From Cytophagales bacterium (GTDB taxonomy: Bacteria > Bacteroidota > Bacteroidia > Cytophagales > JAAEPT01): a stretch of 64,000 bases of DNA. The stretch lies in assembly GCA_965230415.1 (NCBI GenBank), contig CBDDKZ010000003.1:125554-189553 (forward strand), in the 5' to 3' direction. The notes under the pieces were generated by a model. It did no database searches and was not told where the DNA came from. It worked only from the letters and a program-made list of their open reading frames with translations. Below, in pieces: positions 1 through 9,672 of the stretch (positions within the stretch are counted from its first letter, which is position 1; each line of letters begins with the position of its first letter). The translations under genes and the position numbers were made by a program.

Positions 1-1
1 T

Positions 2-643
2 GAGGAAGAATTTCTATTACGCCAAATTGATCGCAAAGGACTTCCATATAAAGCTTCTTATAATAAAGTACTAAATGTTGAAAAAGGAAATCAGCTGGTT
101 GAAAGTTTCAATAACCTGATGGGCAATGATTTAAATTGTATTGTTTACAACTTTGTTGATATGCTGTCACATGCACGCACAGATATGGCCATGATTAAAG
201 AACTAGCCGGTGATGAAGCTGCCTATCGAACACTCACTAAATCCTGGTTTCTTCACTCTCCTTTTTATGATATATTGAAAAAAATCGCGGAAACAGACGC
301 CAAAGTGCTTATATCTACAGATCATGGGACCATTCGTGTGAAAAGACCCCATAAAATTATTGGTGATCGCAATACCAATACCAACTTGCGTTATAAGATG
401 GGACGTAATCTGAATTATGAGGGTAAGAATATCTACGATGTTTCTGATCCCGAGCGCGTGAAGTTGCCTCGTCAGAATATGTCATCTTCATTCGTGTTTA
501 CACAGGAAGACCTATTCTTCGTTTATCCAAACAATTACAACCACTATGTAAATATCTATAAAGATTCTTTTCAGCACGGAGGCATCTCGATGGAAGAAAT
601 GATTGTTCCCATAGTGACGCTGAGCCCCAAAAGAAAGAAATAG
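2..643 (+). CDS. PglZ (alkaline-phosphatase superfamily) domain protein, C-terminal part; PorX-like regulator candidate; 5' end lies outside the window
   Basis: Frame 2 is open from base 2 (EEEFLLRQIDRKGL...) into the listed ORF 119..643, so the gene is cut by the window edge. Blocks VDMLSHARTD, ISTDHGTIRV and FQHGGIS resemble the PglZ metal-binding core. Family call is from motif memory only. Confidence 0.55.
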   Translation, partial: EEEFLLRQIDRKGLPYKASYNKVLNVEKGNQLVESFNNLMGNDLNCIVYNFVDMLSHARTDMAMIKELAGDEAAYRTLTKSWFLHSPFYDILKKIAETDAKVLISTDHGTIRVKRPHKIIGDRNTNTNLRYKMGRNLNYEGKNIYDVSDPERVKLPRQNMSSSFVFTQEDLFFVYPNNYNHYVNIYKDSFQHGGISMEEMIVPIVTLSPKRKK

Positions 644-729
644 GGATTGAACAATTTATATTTCATAGCCCATGATAGCCGCAATTTGCCAAAAATTGCT
701 AAATTTATAGCGTAATACATTGCAAAGAG

Positions 730-1158
730 TTGGCAAATACAGAGTTAGTATTTTCAAAAGAAGCTATTGAAGGTGCGATAAGGTTTTTATTACCGTTCGA
801 AGGTTGGAGTAAAATTTGGTTTTTCGATGCTGAAATGGGAGGAGGTAAGACCACACTAATAAGTGCAATATGTGAATATTTTCAGGTCGTTGATGCGGTA
901 TCGAGTCCAACTTTTAGTTTAGTAAATGAATATCAGAACGCTGGTGGTAAACGTTTTTACCATTTTGATTTTTATAGAATGGTAAACGAACAGGAAGCGT
1001 TAGATATTGGTGTTGATGATTATTTCTACTCGGGAGATTTGTGTTTTATTGAATGGCCATCGAGAATTAGGTCCTTATGGCCTGTGAAATACGTTCATAT
1101 TCAAATTATTGTAACTGGACCAACAGAAAGAAAATTAGTGGTAAAAAAACATGGCTAA
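730..1158 (+). CDS. tsaE: tRNA t6A37 threonylcarbamoyl-transfer complex ATPase TsaE
   Basis: About 140 aa. P-loop EMGGGKTTL, SPTFSLVNEY, YHFDFYR and FIEWP blocks are typical of TsaE/YjeE. TTG start in the ORF track. Confidence 0.8.
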   Translation: MANTELVFSKEAIEGAIRFLLPFEGWSKIWFFDAEMGGGKTTLISAICEYFQVVDAVSSPTFSLVNEYQNAGGKRFYHFDFYRMVNEQEALDIGVDDYFYSGDLCFIEWPSRIRSLWPVKYVHIQIIVTGPTERKLVVKKHG

Positions 1159-2380
1159 AGAGCGTTATAATCCCGCATTGGACACCCTGGCAAAGCAAAG
1201 AGCACTATATCCTCAAGAATCACCTCTGAAGGTAAAGTCAGATGCCCAGTCACTATCTATTGGAATTCCTAAAGAGAAACAACTACAGGAAAAGCGATTG
1301 TGCCTAACTCCCGAATCTGTTGGGATTTTAGTGAGTAATGGCCATGAAGTAAAAGTAGAGAGCCTTGCTGGTAAAGAGGCGCACTACGATGATCACTCTT
1401 ATAGTGAACACGGAGCCACCATCGTATACTCTGAAAAAGAAGTCTTTGAAGCCGATTTAGTCCTTAAAGTAGAGCCTCCTAGTTTAGAGGAAATCGAAAT
1501 GATGAATTCGGGAGCTTCTTTGATATCGGCAATCCAGATGTCTCATTTACAAAAAGAATACCTGATGGCTCTTCAGAAGAAAAAAATAACTTCTGTTGCT
1601 TTTGAATTAATCGAAGACAAAGGCGGGTTGAAACCTGTAGTTCAGGCGATGAGCGAAATTGCCAGTAGCTGCATAATTTCAATTGCCGGAGAATATTTAA
1701 GTAACTCCACAGATGGTATGGGAGTGGTATTGGGAGCCGTGACCGGAGTGCCCCCTATAAGGGTGGTTGTTTTGGGTGCCGGAACAATTGGTGAGAACGT
1801 TACTCGTGTTTTAAGACACCTTGGGGCCGAAGTCAGGGTATTTGATAATCATCATTATAAATTGAGAAGGCTCAAGAAAAATATCGGTGAGCAAGTGTAT
1901 ACTTCTGTAATAGATAACTATACACTAATGGACGATATTACCAAAGCAGATGTTGTAATAGGAGCTCTTCGCTCTGAGGAGGGCAGAAGCCCTTGTGTGG
2001 TGTCAGAGGAGATGGTTACCAATATGAAAAAAGGGGCGATTATTATCGACGCCAGTATAAGCCAGGGAGGATGCTTTGAAACATCACGACTCACCACACA
2101 CGATAATCCCGTATACCTAAAGCATGATATTATTCATTACTGTGTTCCGAATATACCTTCAAGAGTAAGCAGGACAGCTACAAGAGCGCTGAGTTATATA
2201 TTTACTCCAATGCTCAACCAAATAGCAAAGACGGGAGGTATAGATGATATGATACATGCTAAAGAATGGTTTATGAACGGAGTATATACTTATAAAGGGA
2301 ATGTTACCAGCAAACATATAGCCGAAAAGTTTGGTTTATCCTACAAAGATTTAAGTTTGTTACTGGCGGCGAGTTTTTAA
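1151..2380 (+). CDS. Alanine dehydrogenase / PNT-family NAD(P)-dependent dehydrogenase
   Basis: Rossmann motif VVVLGAGTIGENV in the middle of a 409-aa protein with AlaDH/PNT-like N- and C-terminal halves. The start overlaps the tsaE stop by 8 nt. Confidence 0.7.
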   Translation: MAKERYNPALDTLAKQRALYPQESPLKVKSDAQSLSIGIPKEKQLQEKRLCLTPESVGILVSNGHEVKVESLAGKEAHYDDHSYSEHGATIVYSEKEVFEADLVLKVEPPSLEEIEMMNSGASLISAIQMSHLQKEYLMALQKKKITSVAFELIEDKGGLKPVVQAMSEIASSCIISIAGEYLSNSTDGMGVVLGAVTGVPPIRVVVLGAGTIGENVTRVLRHLGAEVRVFDNHHYKLRRLKKNIGEQVYTSVIDNYTLMDDITKADVVIGALRSEEGRSPCVVSEEMVTNMKKGAIIIDASISQGGCFETSRLTTHDNPVYLKHDIIHYCVPNIPSRVSRTATRALSYIFTPMLNQIAKTGGIDDMIHAKEWFMNGVYTYKGNVTSKHIAEKFGLSYKDLSLLLAASF

Positions 2381-2469
2381 TAAAAAGATCCCCAATAATT
2401 TTTTACTTTTTAATAGAAAGGCTGCTGCTCTTTTGTCCTAAATCATTATTTTTACAGCCCTAAAAATTA

Positions 2470-5094
2470 ATGTGTATGGCTGTATCAAAGAATTATAATC
2501 CGGTAGCTGTTGAGGATAAGTGGTATCAAACCTGGCTCGATAATAAAGTATTTGCCGCAAAGGTAAACAAGGATAAATCTCCATATACAATTGTAATCCC
2601 CCCTCCAAACGTGACTGGCGTATTACATATGGGGCATATGCTTAATAATACCATTCAGGATATTCTGATCAGAAAGGCTCGTATGGAAGGAAAAGAAGCC
2701 TGTTGGGTTCCGGGTACCGATCACGCCTCTATAGCCACGGAGACCAAAGTCGTGAATATGCTCAAAGAAAAAGGTATTGAAAAAAGTGAGCTGAGCAGAG
2801 AGGAATTTCTGAAACATGCCTGGGAATGGACAGAAAAATATGGGGGTATAATACTGGATCAATTGAAGAAATTAGGCGCTTCATGCGACTGGGATCGCAC
2901 CGCTTTTACTTTGGACGATATCAGGTCGGAATCTGTAATAAACGTCTTCTGTGATTTATACGAAAAAGGCCATATCTATAGGGGCGTTCGCATGGTGAAC
3001 TGGGACCCTAAAGGCCAGACGGCTCTTTCAGATGAAGAAGTTTTTCATAAAGAAGTACAGTCCAAACTTTATCATATTAAGTATGCCATAGAAGGTTCCG
3101 AAGCCTATTTAGTCATTGCTACCACACGTCCGGAAACCTTACTGGGAGATACGGCTATATGTATTAACCCTAATGACGAAAGACATGCACACCTTAAAGG
3201 TCAAAAAGCAGTAGTTCCTTTTATCAACAGAGTGATTCCAATCATCGAAGACGAGTATGTTGATTTGGAGTTTGGAACCGGCTGTCTTAAAGTGACTCCC
3301 GCTCACGATGTTAATGACTATGAGCTTGGACAGAAACATAAATTGGAGGTAATAGATATCCTTAATGATGATGGAACCCTGAATGAAAAAGCACAAATTC
3401 ATGTAGGGGAAAATCGTTTTGTAGCCAGGAAAAAAATAGTTAAAGAGCTCGAAGAGGCCGGTTTATTGGTGAAAGTAGAGGAGATTACGAATAATGTAGG
3501 TTATTCTGAACGTACAAGCGAAGTCATTGAGCCGAAGCTTTCGACGCAGTGGTTTTGTAAAATGACCGAGATGGCGAAGCCGGCATTAGAGAATGTCTTG
3601 AATGATAATGTTCAAATACACCCCTCCAAATTTAAGAATATGTATCGTTCATGGATGGAAAACATTCGGGATTGGTGTATTTCCAGACAACTATGGTGGG
3701 GGCATCAGATTCCTGCCTATTATTTGCCAAACGGAGCGTATGTCGTTGCGCGTAACAAAGAAGACGCTTTAAACAAAGCAAAGGAATTGGACACTTCTCT
3801 TGAAATGAAAGATCTAATGCAAGATAATGATGTGTTGGACACATGGTTCTCGTCGTGGTTATGGCCAATGTCTGTTTTTAATGGTATTCTCAAGCCTGAA
3901 AATGAAGAGTTTAAGTATTTTTACCAAACCGATAGTTTGGTGACAGGTTTTGATATCATCTTCTTTTGGGTAGCGAGAATGGTAATGGCAGGATACGAAT
4001 TTAGCAAAGAAAAACCATTTAAAGATGTCTATATCACCGGGATGGTTAGAGATGAAAAGAGACGCAAGATGTCTAAACAGCTCGGTAACTCACCCGATCC
4101 ATTGGATTTAATAAAAAAATACGGAGCGGATGGTGTTCGGGTTGGTATGCTGCTTTCTGCACCTGCCGGTAACGATCTTTTGTTCAATGAAAAGCTGTGT
4201 GAACAAGGAAGTAAATTTTCGAACAAGATCTGGAACGCCTATCGCCTCATAGAAAGCTGGGAAGTGACAGAGGGAAGCGCTGTGCCCAATGAACAGACCA
4301 TAACCTGGTTCAAATCTAAAATGGCTGAACAACTTTCTGAAATCGAGGCCAATTTTGATAAGTTTAGAATTTCAGATGCCTTAATGGGGATCTACAAATT
4401 GTTTTGGGACGAGTTTTGTGATTGGTATTTAGAGATGGTCAAGCCCGAATATGGTGAGCCAATAGACAGAAAAACAAAAGAAGAATCTATCGCGATATTT
4501 GAGCGGCTCCTTCAAATTATCCATCCGTTTATGCCTTTCATTACAGAAGAGTTGTGGTCACATACTTCCGAAAGATCTTCATCCGACTTTATTACCAGAA
4601 GTACGTGGCCGAAGCTGGAAGTCGAAGATAAGAAGGTCTTAGAAGAGGTGGTTAAAGTAAAGGATGTAGTTTCCGGAATAAGAAATATACGCGCAGAAAA
4701 GGATATAGCAAAAAAAGAAAATTTGCCCTTATTAGTTAAAACTACAGACAAAGGTTTTTACGGTAAATACAAGGGGGTTATCTGTGCATTGGCAGGATTG
4801 GAATCCATTGAAATAGTAGACGAAAAAGCCGAAAATGCGGCTAATATTGTTGTGGGTGCAGACGAACTTGGGCTTGTTTTGGGTGATCTTGTAAACAGCG
4901 AAGCCGAAAAAGAAAAGCTCTTAAAAGAGTTGGAATATACGCAGGGCTTACTAAAGATAATAGATAAGAAGCTTCAGAACGATAAATTTGTTAACAATGC
5001 TCCGGAACAGGTGGTAGCTTCCGAGCGTAAAAAATATGCCGATGCTGAGGCCAAAATCAAAGCCCTTGAAGCTAGTATATCAGCTTTAGTTTAA
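2470..5094 (+). CDS. valS: Valine--tRNA ligase
   Basis: 874 aa. HIGH-type motif PPPNVTGVLHMGH, KMSKS motif (RKMSKQLGNS), WCISRQLWWGH block and a C-terminal coiled coil. The start may be ATG 2470 or ATG 2476. Confidence 0.97.
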   Translation: MCMAVSKNYNPVAVEDKWYQTWLDNKVFAAKVNKDKSPYTIVIPPPNVTGVLHMGHMLNNTIQDILIRKARMEGKEACWVPGTDHASIATETKVVNMLKEKGIEKSELSREEFLKHAWEWTEKYGGIILDQLKKLGASCDWDRTAFTLDDIRSESVINVFCDLYEKGHIYRGVRMVNWDPKGQTALSDEEVFHKEVQSKLYHIKYAIEGSEAYLVIATTRPETLLGDTAICINPNDERHAHLKGQKAVVPFINRVIPIIEDEYVDLEFGTGCLKVTPAHDVNDYELGQKHKLEVIDILNDDGTLNEKAQIHVGENRFVARKKIVKELEEAGLLVKVEEITNNVGYSERTSEVIEPKLSTQWFCKMTEMAKPALENVLNDNVQIHPSKFKNMYRSWMENIRDWCISRQLWWGHQIPAYYLPNGAYVVARNKEDALNKAKELDTSLEMKDLMQDNDVLDTWFSSWLWPMSVFNGILKPENEEFKYFYQTDSLVTGFDIIFFWVARMVMAGYEFSKEKPFKDVYITGMVRDEKRRKMSKQLGNSPDPLDLIKKYGADGVRVGMLLSAPAGNDLLFNEKLCEQGSKFSNKIWNAYRLIESWEVTEGSAVPNEQTITWFKSKMAEQLSEIEANFDKFRISDALMGIYKLFWDEFCDWYLEMVKPEYGEPIDRKTKEESIAIFERLLQIIHPFMPFITEELWSHTSERSSSDFITRSTWPKLEVEDKKVLEEVVKVKDVVSGIRNIRAEKDIAKKENLPLLVKTTDKGFYGKYKGVICALAGLESIEIVDEKAENAANIVVGADELGLVLGDLVNSEAEKEKLLKELEYTQGLLKIIDKKLQNDKFVNNAPEQVVASERKKYADAEAKIKALEASISALV

Positions 5095-5115
5095 TAATAT
5101 CGAGTTCATAAATAA

Positions 5116-5307
5116 TTAATCGCAATCTATTTGAGGGCAATCAAATGGGTTGCGTTTTTTCCTTTTGGCTTGAACCTTTTTTCTTTTTTCTAAAGACATA
5201 CCGCGTGAAGTTTTAGCACAAGAGTTCAAGGTAAAACTCATAGAAATACTTAATGAAAAAATGATAGAATAAAACGCCGTTCTTCTGAAATTCATTAATT
5301 GCTTCAT
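5116..5307 (-). CDS. Possible small lipoprotein (63 aa), hypothetical
   Basis: Internal ATG of listed ORF 5116..5424. MKQLMNFRRTAFYSIIFSLSISMSFTLNSC has n-region, hydrophobic core and a lipobox-like LNSC, followed by a very basic tail ending NPFDCPQIDCD. No promoter was seen, and it is squeezed between the valS stop and a terminator. Confidence 0.25.
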   Translation of the reverse strand: MKQLMNFRRTAFYSIIFSLSISMSFTLNSCAKTSRGMSLEKRKKVQAKRKKRNPFDCPQIDCD

Positions 5308-5332
5308 TGACAGATTACTAAAAATACAAAAT

Positions 5333-5367
5333 AAAAAGGCGCTTTTCAAGCTGAAAAGCGCCTTTTT
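5333..5367 (-). terminator. Rho-independent terminator hairpin after the FecR-like gene
   Basis: Perfect 16-bp stem aaaaaggcgcttttca / tgaaaagcgccttttt with a 3-nt loop, flanked by A/T runs on both sides. It lies 23 nt downstream of the stop at 5390. Confidence 0.65.
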
Positions 5368-5389
5368 ATTAATTGACTTGAGACTCTTA

Positions 5390-6367
5390 TTACTTTTTAA
5401 GATAATGCTCAATAGCATTTTCAAGACGACCCAGGTCCTTATTTCTGTTTTTCAAATCTTCTAGTGTCTCTTCTAGATAATTCAAATAAGTATCTCTGAA
5501 GCTTTCAATGTCAGGAGCGCTTTCAGTAGCCCTGGCCAGGTGTCCAATAGCGTAAGAAGTTAACCCTTGTTCGTCAAAGAACGAAGCATACATCAAATCA
5601 TTCATTGGCGTGTCATCTTTTAATTCATTTTTAAGGGCCTTGTATTCTTTTTCAAAGGATACAGGGTCCAAGGATTTCGCCCATGAAAGTACCGGCGAAG
5701 GTCTACCTGATATTTCGATATCCAATTCTTCATTTTTCAAATCGTCGTGAACCAGTTTCAGCGCAATGTCTTCCGGTTCAATGCCCTCTTTCAATGTGAA
5801 GCTTACTGACATAGCGTCTTTATCCAATGGTATTTTTTGCAATACACCATCTTCCATAGAATATACTTCCAGGCGGAAATTGTCCAAGATATCAGGACTG
5901 TCTACATTGTAAACCCAAGTAACAAAAAGCGGTGTGTTTGGCATTAATTCAATTTGTTTTTTGTTTACGAAATAAGCCATTTCCTGCCCTCTGGTAACCG
6001 ACCCTGTTACCGAGTGTTTTTTGGTGGAAACATCCATATCGTTAAAAGCAAACTTGGCATACTTTTCTGCAAAAGAATTACTGCTCGATCCCAGTTTACT
6101 TTCAAGGCTGATGATGTCATAGACCCCAGCCGTTTTTAATTCAAGAGTTCTTCCTGTTTTGTGAATTAACCCGACGTATCCGGAGCTGGCAATCTGGATT
6201 TTATTGCCTTTGTACATTTTAGTTCCTGTCGAAATGGCAGACCAGGAGGTTCCTTTTTGTATTTTGTTGGCTCCCTTTGTGGCCATGATTCGAAAAACAT
6301 GATCTTGGGCATTAATAGTAAATATGATACTTAGAAATGCACTTAGTAGTATGATAGATTTTTTCAT
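5390..6367 (-). CDS. Secreted protein with FecR-like N-terminal half and helical C-terminal half (hypothetical)
   Basis: Signal peptide MKKSIILLSAFLSIIFTINAQ. The segment KIQKGTSWSAISTGTKMYKGNKIQIASSGYVGLIHKTGRTLELKTAGVYDI resembles the FecR beta-sandwich pattern. It sits 42 nt downstream of the CHASE2 gene on the same strand. Gene is confident; family assignment is tentative. Confidence 0.55.
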   Translation of the reverse strand: MKKSIILLSAFLSIIFTINAQDHVFRIMATKGANKIQKGTSWSAISTGTKMYKGNKIQIASSGYVGLIHKTGRTLELKTAGVYDIISLESKLGSSSNSFAEKYAKFAFNDMDVSTKKHSVTGSVTRGQEMAYFVNKKQIELMPNTPLFVTWVYNVDSPDILDNFRLEVYSMEDGVLQKIPLDKDAMSVSFTLKEGIEPEDIALKLVHDDLKNEELDIEISGRPSPVLSWAKSLDPVSFEKEYKALKNELKDDTPMNDLMYASFFDEQGLTSYAIGHLARATESAPDIESFRDTYLNYLEETLEDLKNRNKDLGRLENAIEHYLKK

Positions 6368-6409
6368 AGCATTACTAAATTTTTAATGATTGGTTATACA
6401 AAGTTACAT

Positions 6410-7792
6410 TTATGCTCTAAACTTACCAACGATATTTTTTATGAGTCCATAATAAATTTCGAGGAAGTCACCGGCGAGAAGGATACATCCGAAGTAGATT
6501 GCACCAAATTTAAGCTCATAATTATATGTATCAAAAATTAGGCCAATTACTATCAGAATACCCAAACTCATGATAATTCCCATAGCTTTCGTTAAACCGT
6601 CGTACCAAACCTTATAATCATTATATATAGGTCTGAAAGTAGCGAACACAATATATAATACGAAAAAACCAAGTACATGGCCTGCCCAATTGGGTAATTC
6701 GTCAATATAATTTTCATTTAGTATCGTTCTAATGATGTTTGCATGGATTACAACACCATACATGTCACGCGATGCTTTTCCCACATAATTGTGGTTTAAA
6801 GGAGTGAAAAACTTGTCTTCAGCAGCGTGTGTATATACACGATCTCCAAGATATCCTAGTAAAACAATTTTGTCTTTAAAATCGAGTGAATCGAAATTTT
6901 GCTGAATGACATCATCATATTCATAAGTTCGGAAATAGGGATGATTGTTAAGAGGAGCATAATTGTTCTTGTCTGAATACCGTTCCTCATAGAAAGGAAT
7001 GTAAATATTGCCTACATAATTGATGCGTTCTTCTTCTTTTTGGCGACCATACAATTTCTTCACTTTTTCCGGAGCATACAACTCGGCAATTTTAGTGGCA
7101 AATGCAGGAAAAGTATCTTTACCAACAGTAATGTGTGAAAAGAATTTTCGTACTACATCATGGGAAGCACTGCCTTGCGATGCATCAATATCCATATCGG
7201 CGAAAGCTCCGTGTGTATTTAGGGCGAAAGGTTCGTAAGCATTGTTGATACCAATGATGTGACCTTTTTTGTCATGCTTCCACTTATTAACTATGACAAT
7301 ATTGCTGTCTTGTGAAAATATGTCAGTCAAAATCATATCACTGTGCATAGAATCTGGTTTTGCTTCAGGAAACCACACATCAAGTGCTGTGACTTTTGGT
7401 TTGCATCCCTGAATGGTATAAACAAGACGAGCGATATCAAAACGATTTAAATGACCAATATTAACAATCGTAATATCGGGATCTTGTTTGACATGAAAAT
7501 CTTCCCCATTGTAACTACCCCTCATCTCCTCGTTTTTTCCCATTTGAGAAAACATTACATCGGTTATTTCTACATCCGAAAAGGCTTCTCCTATTGGGTC
7601 TAAAATTCTAAATTGGATACCTAAAAGACCTAGCCCAATAAAAAGTCCTAAAATAAAAACTAAAGCCAGCAGGTTGTCAGGAGCAAAAAAGTTCTTTACT
7701 GTATAGATTTTTTTATGTAGACGTATAAAGCCTAAAAAAAGCCTAAGCGATTCGCGAAAAATGTGTTTAATGAACTCTATGAAAGTACGCAT
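6410..7792 (-). CDS. Stand-alone CHASE2 domain membrane protein (no output domain)
   Basis: N-terminal TM helix (LLALVFILGLFIGLGLLGI), then a roughly 330-aa external region with CHASE2-like blocks (DITIVNIGHL, ALDVWF, KIVLLGYLGD...FFTPL, MYGVVIHANII). Three C-terminal TM helices follow, and the protein ends about 10 residues later. Confidence 0.72.
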   Translation of the reverse strand: MRTFIEFIKHIFRESLRLFLGFIRLHKKIYTVKNFFAPDNLLALVFILGLFIGLGLLGIQFRILDPIGEAFSDVEITDVMFSQMGKNEEMRGSYNGEDFHVKQDPDITIVNIGHLNRFDIARLVYTIQGCKPKVTALDVWFPEAKPDSMHSDMILTDIFSQDSNIVIVNKWKHDKKGHIIGINNAYEPFALNTHGAFADMDIDASQGSASHDVVRKFFSHITVGKDTFPAFATKIAELYAPEKVKKLYGRQKEEERINYVGNIYIPFYEERYSDKNNYAPLNNHPYFRTYEYDDVIQQNFDSLDFKDKIVLLGYLGDRVYTHAAEDKFFTPLNHNYVGKASRDMYGVVIHANIIRTILNENYIDELPNWAGHVLGFFVLYIVFATFRPIYNDYKVWYDGLTKAMGIIMSLGILIVIGLIFDTYNYELKFGAIYFGCILLAGDFLEIYYGLIKNIVGKFRA

Positions 7793-7858
7793 GCGCTTCT
7801 CAGTTTACTCTTAAAAGTTGGGAATTTACTATATTTGATATGTAATTAATCAATTCTA

Positions 7859-8818
7859 TTGAAGAATTCCAAGTTCGAAAATATTGACTACTTATTTCAA
7901 CAGTTAAAAAGCGGTGAGCGAATTGCGTTAAGTAAAGCAATTACCCTGCTAGAAAGCAGAAGAAATGAAGACATAGAAAAGGCTTTTTTATTAATGAAAT
8001 TAATAGATGATGGTCTCCCTCAAAAACAAACTTTTCGTTTAGGTGTAACCGGTGTGCCAGGTGTTGGAAAAAGCTCTATCATAGAAAAGCTAGGTTTGAA
8101 ATTTGTTGAAGCCGGGAAAAAAGTGGCTGTTCTGAGTATCGATCCTTCAAGTGCCATTAGTGGTGGAAGTATTCTTGGAGATAAGACAAGAATGGAACAC
8201 CTAAGTATGCATACCAATGCATTTGTAAGGCCCTCAGCCAGTTCGTCCAAATTAGGCGGCGTAGGCTGGGCTACTTATGAATCTGTCTTACTTTGTGAAT
8301 TTGCGGGTTATGATGTGATAATTATCGAAACGGTTGGGGTAGGCCAATCTGAATTTGACGTGCGCAATATGGTGGATTTTTTGCTTTACATTACACAAGC
8401 ACATGGAGGAGATGATATACAAGCTATAAAACGAGGTATATTGGAAATGATCGATGGCGTTATCATTAATAAAAAAGATTTGGTAAACGATGCGGCAGTT
8501 AGGGAGACTCAGCTACTTTATCAACAACGATCAACCAATCAACAGGGCTTGAAGTTAGTGTTGCCAACCAGTACGGAAGATCCGGAAAGTGTAAAAGAAT
8601 TATACCACAAACTAAGTGGTTATATGGAGACATCAGATTTAATGGACTTGAGAAACAAGCAAAAACTGAGCCGTTTGCGCAAACATGTAGAAAAGCGTAT
8701 GTGGTTCGAATTGGAGAGAACAGGGCTGTTGAATGAGTACAAAGACAAACTATTTGAGAATAAGTTGAGTGAGTTTGATGCGGCCGAACATATCATAAAT
8801 AAATATTTAAACAAATGA
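7859..8818 (+). CDS. meaB: MeaB/ArgK-type G3E-family GTPase (methylmalonyl-CoA mutase accessory protein-like)
   Basis: P-loop GVTGVPGVGKSS, SIDPSS, IIETVGVGQSE and INKKD (NKxD) blocks. 319 aa, TTG start. Confidence 0.8.
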   Translation: MKNSKFENIDYLFQQLKSGERIALSKAITLLESRRNEDIEKAFLLMKLIDDGLPQKQTFRLGVTGVPGVGKSSIIEKLGLKFVEAGKKVAVLSIDPSSAISGGSILGDKTRMEHLSMHTNAFVRPSASSSKLGGVGWATYESVLLCEFAGYDVIIIETVGVGQSEFDVRNMVDFLLYITQAHGGDDIQAIKRGILEMIDGVIINKKDLVNDAAVRETQLLYQQRSTNQQGLKLVLPTSTEDPESVKELYHKLSGYMETSDLMDLRNKQKLSRLRKHVEKRMWFELERTGLLNEYKDKLFENKLSEFDAAEHIINKYLNK

Positions 8819-9672
8819 AAATAGGTCTGGTTCAATTTGACAGTTGTTCGAATAAAATTGAAAATAGCCATAAAGCGATCCTGAAAATCAAAGAGTTAGC
8901 CCAGAGTGGAGCTGAAGTAATTTGTACCCAGGAATTGTTTAAAACCGATTACTTTTGCCATGAAGAAAATAAAGAATACTTCGATTTAGCAGATAGTATA
9001 GTTGAGAGCGAACTATCTGAATATGTAACATTGGCATGTGAATATAAAGTAGTTCTAATACTTTCCCTGTTTGAGAAAAGAGCAAAAGGACTCTTTCATA
9101 ATACAGCTGTTGTTATAGATGCTGATGGGACCATACTTGGTAAATACAGGAAAATGCATATTCCTGACGATCCGGGGTACTACGAAAAATATTATTTTGC
9201 TCCGGGAGATTTAGGGTATCGTGTATTTGCCACTGCATATGGACGTATTGGTGTGTTAATTTGCTGGGATCAGTGGTATCCGGAGGCAGCCAGACTCACA
9301 GCGTTGAATGGAGCAGATGTACTCATTTATCCAACAGCCATTGGTTGGGATGCCGATGCTTCAGAGGTGATCAGGAAAGAAGAGTTAGACGCCTGGCTTA
9401 TCATCCAAAAGAGCCACGCCATTGCAAATGGAGTTTTTGTGGTGTCTGTTAACAGAACAGGGGTAGAGCACGGATTACAATTTTGGGGAAACTCATTTGT
9501 GTGCAACCCTTTAGGCGTGGTTATTAAACAATTGGGAACTGAGGAAGAACAATCGCTTGTAACAATAGATTTGGGAGCAATAGAAAAGTATAGGAGAGTA
9601 TGGCCCTTTTTGAGAGATCGTAGGGTGGATTCATTTTCAGACCTGACAAAAAGATATATAGATGAAATCTAA
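8815..9672 (+). CDS. aguB: N-carbamoylputrescine amidase (carbon-nitrogen hydrolase family)
   Basis: CN-hydrolase Glu-Lys-Cys triad contexts (CTQELF, YRKMHIPD, GVLICWDQWYPE). ATGA start/stop overlap with meaB, and it sits next to agmatine deiminase. Confidence 0.8.
   Translation: MKIGLVQFDSCSNKIENSHKAILKIKELAQSGAEVICTQELFKTDYFCHEENKEYFDLADSIVESELSEYVTLACEYKVVLILSLFEKRAKGLFHNTAVVIDADGTILGKYRKMHIPDDPGYYEKYYFAPGDLGYRVFATAYGRIGVLICWDQWYPEAARLTALNGADVLIYPTAIGWDADASEVIRKEELDAWLIIQKSHAIANGVFVVSVNRTGVEHGLQFWGNSFVCNPLGVVIKQLGTEEEQSLVTIDLGAIEKYRRVWPFLRDRRVDSFSDLTKRYIDEI

Noticed and set aside
5308-5424. N-terminal 39 codons of the listed ORF 5116..5424.
   Set aside because: This part reads through a perfect 16-bp terminator hairpin and overlaps the 3' end of the upstream gene (5390..6367). 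Only the shorter version from ATG 5307 is even plausible.
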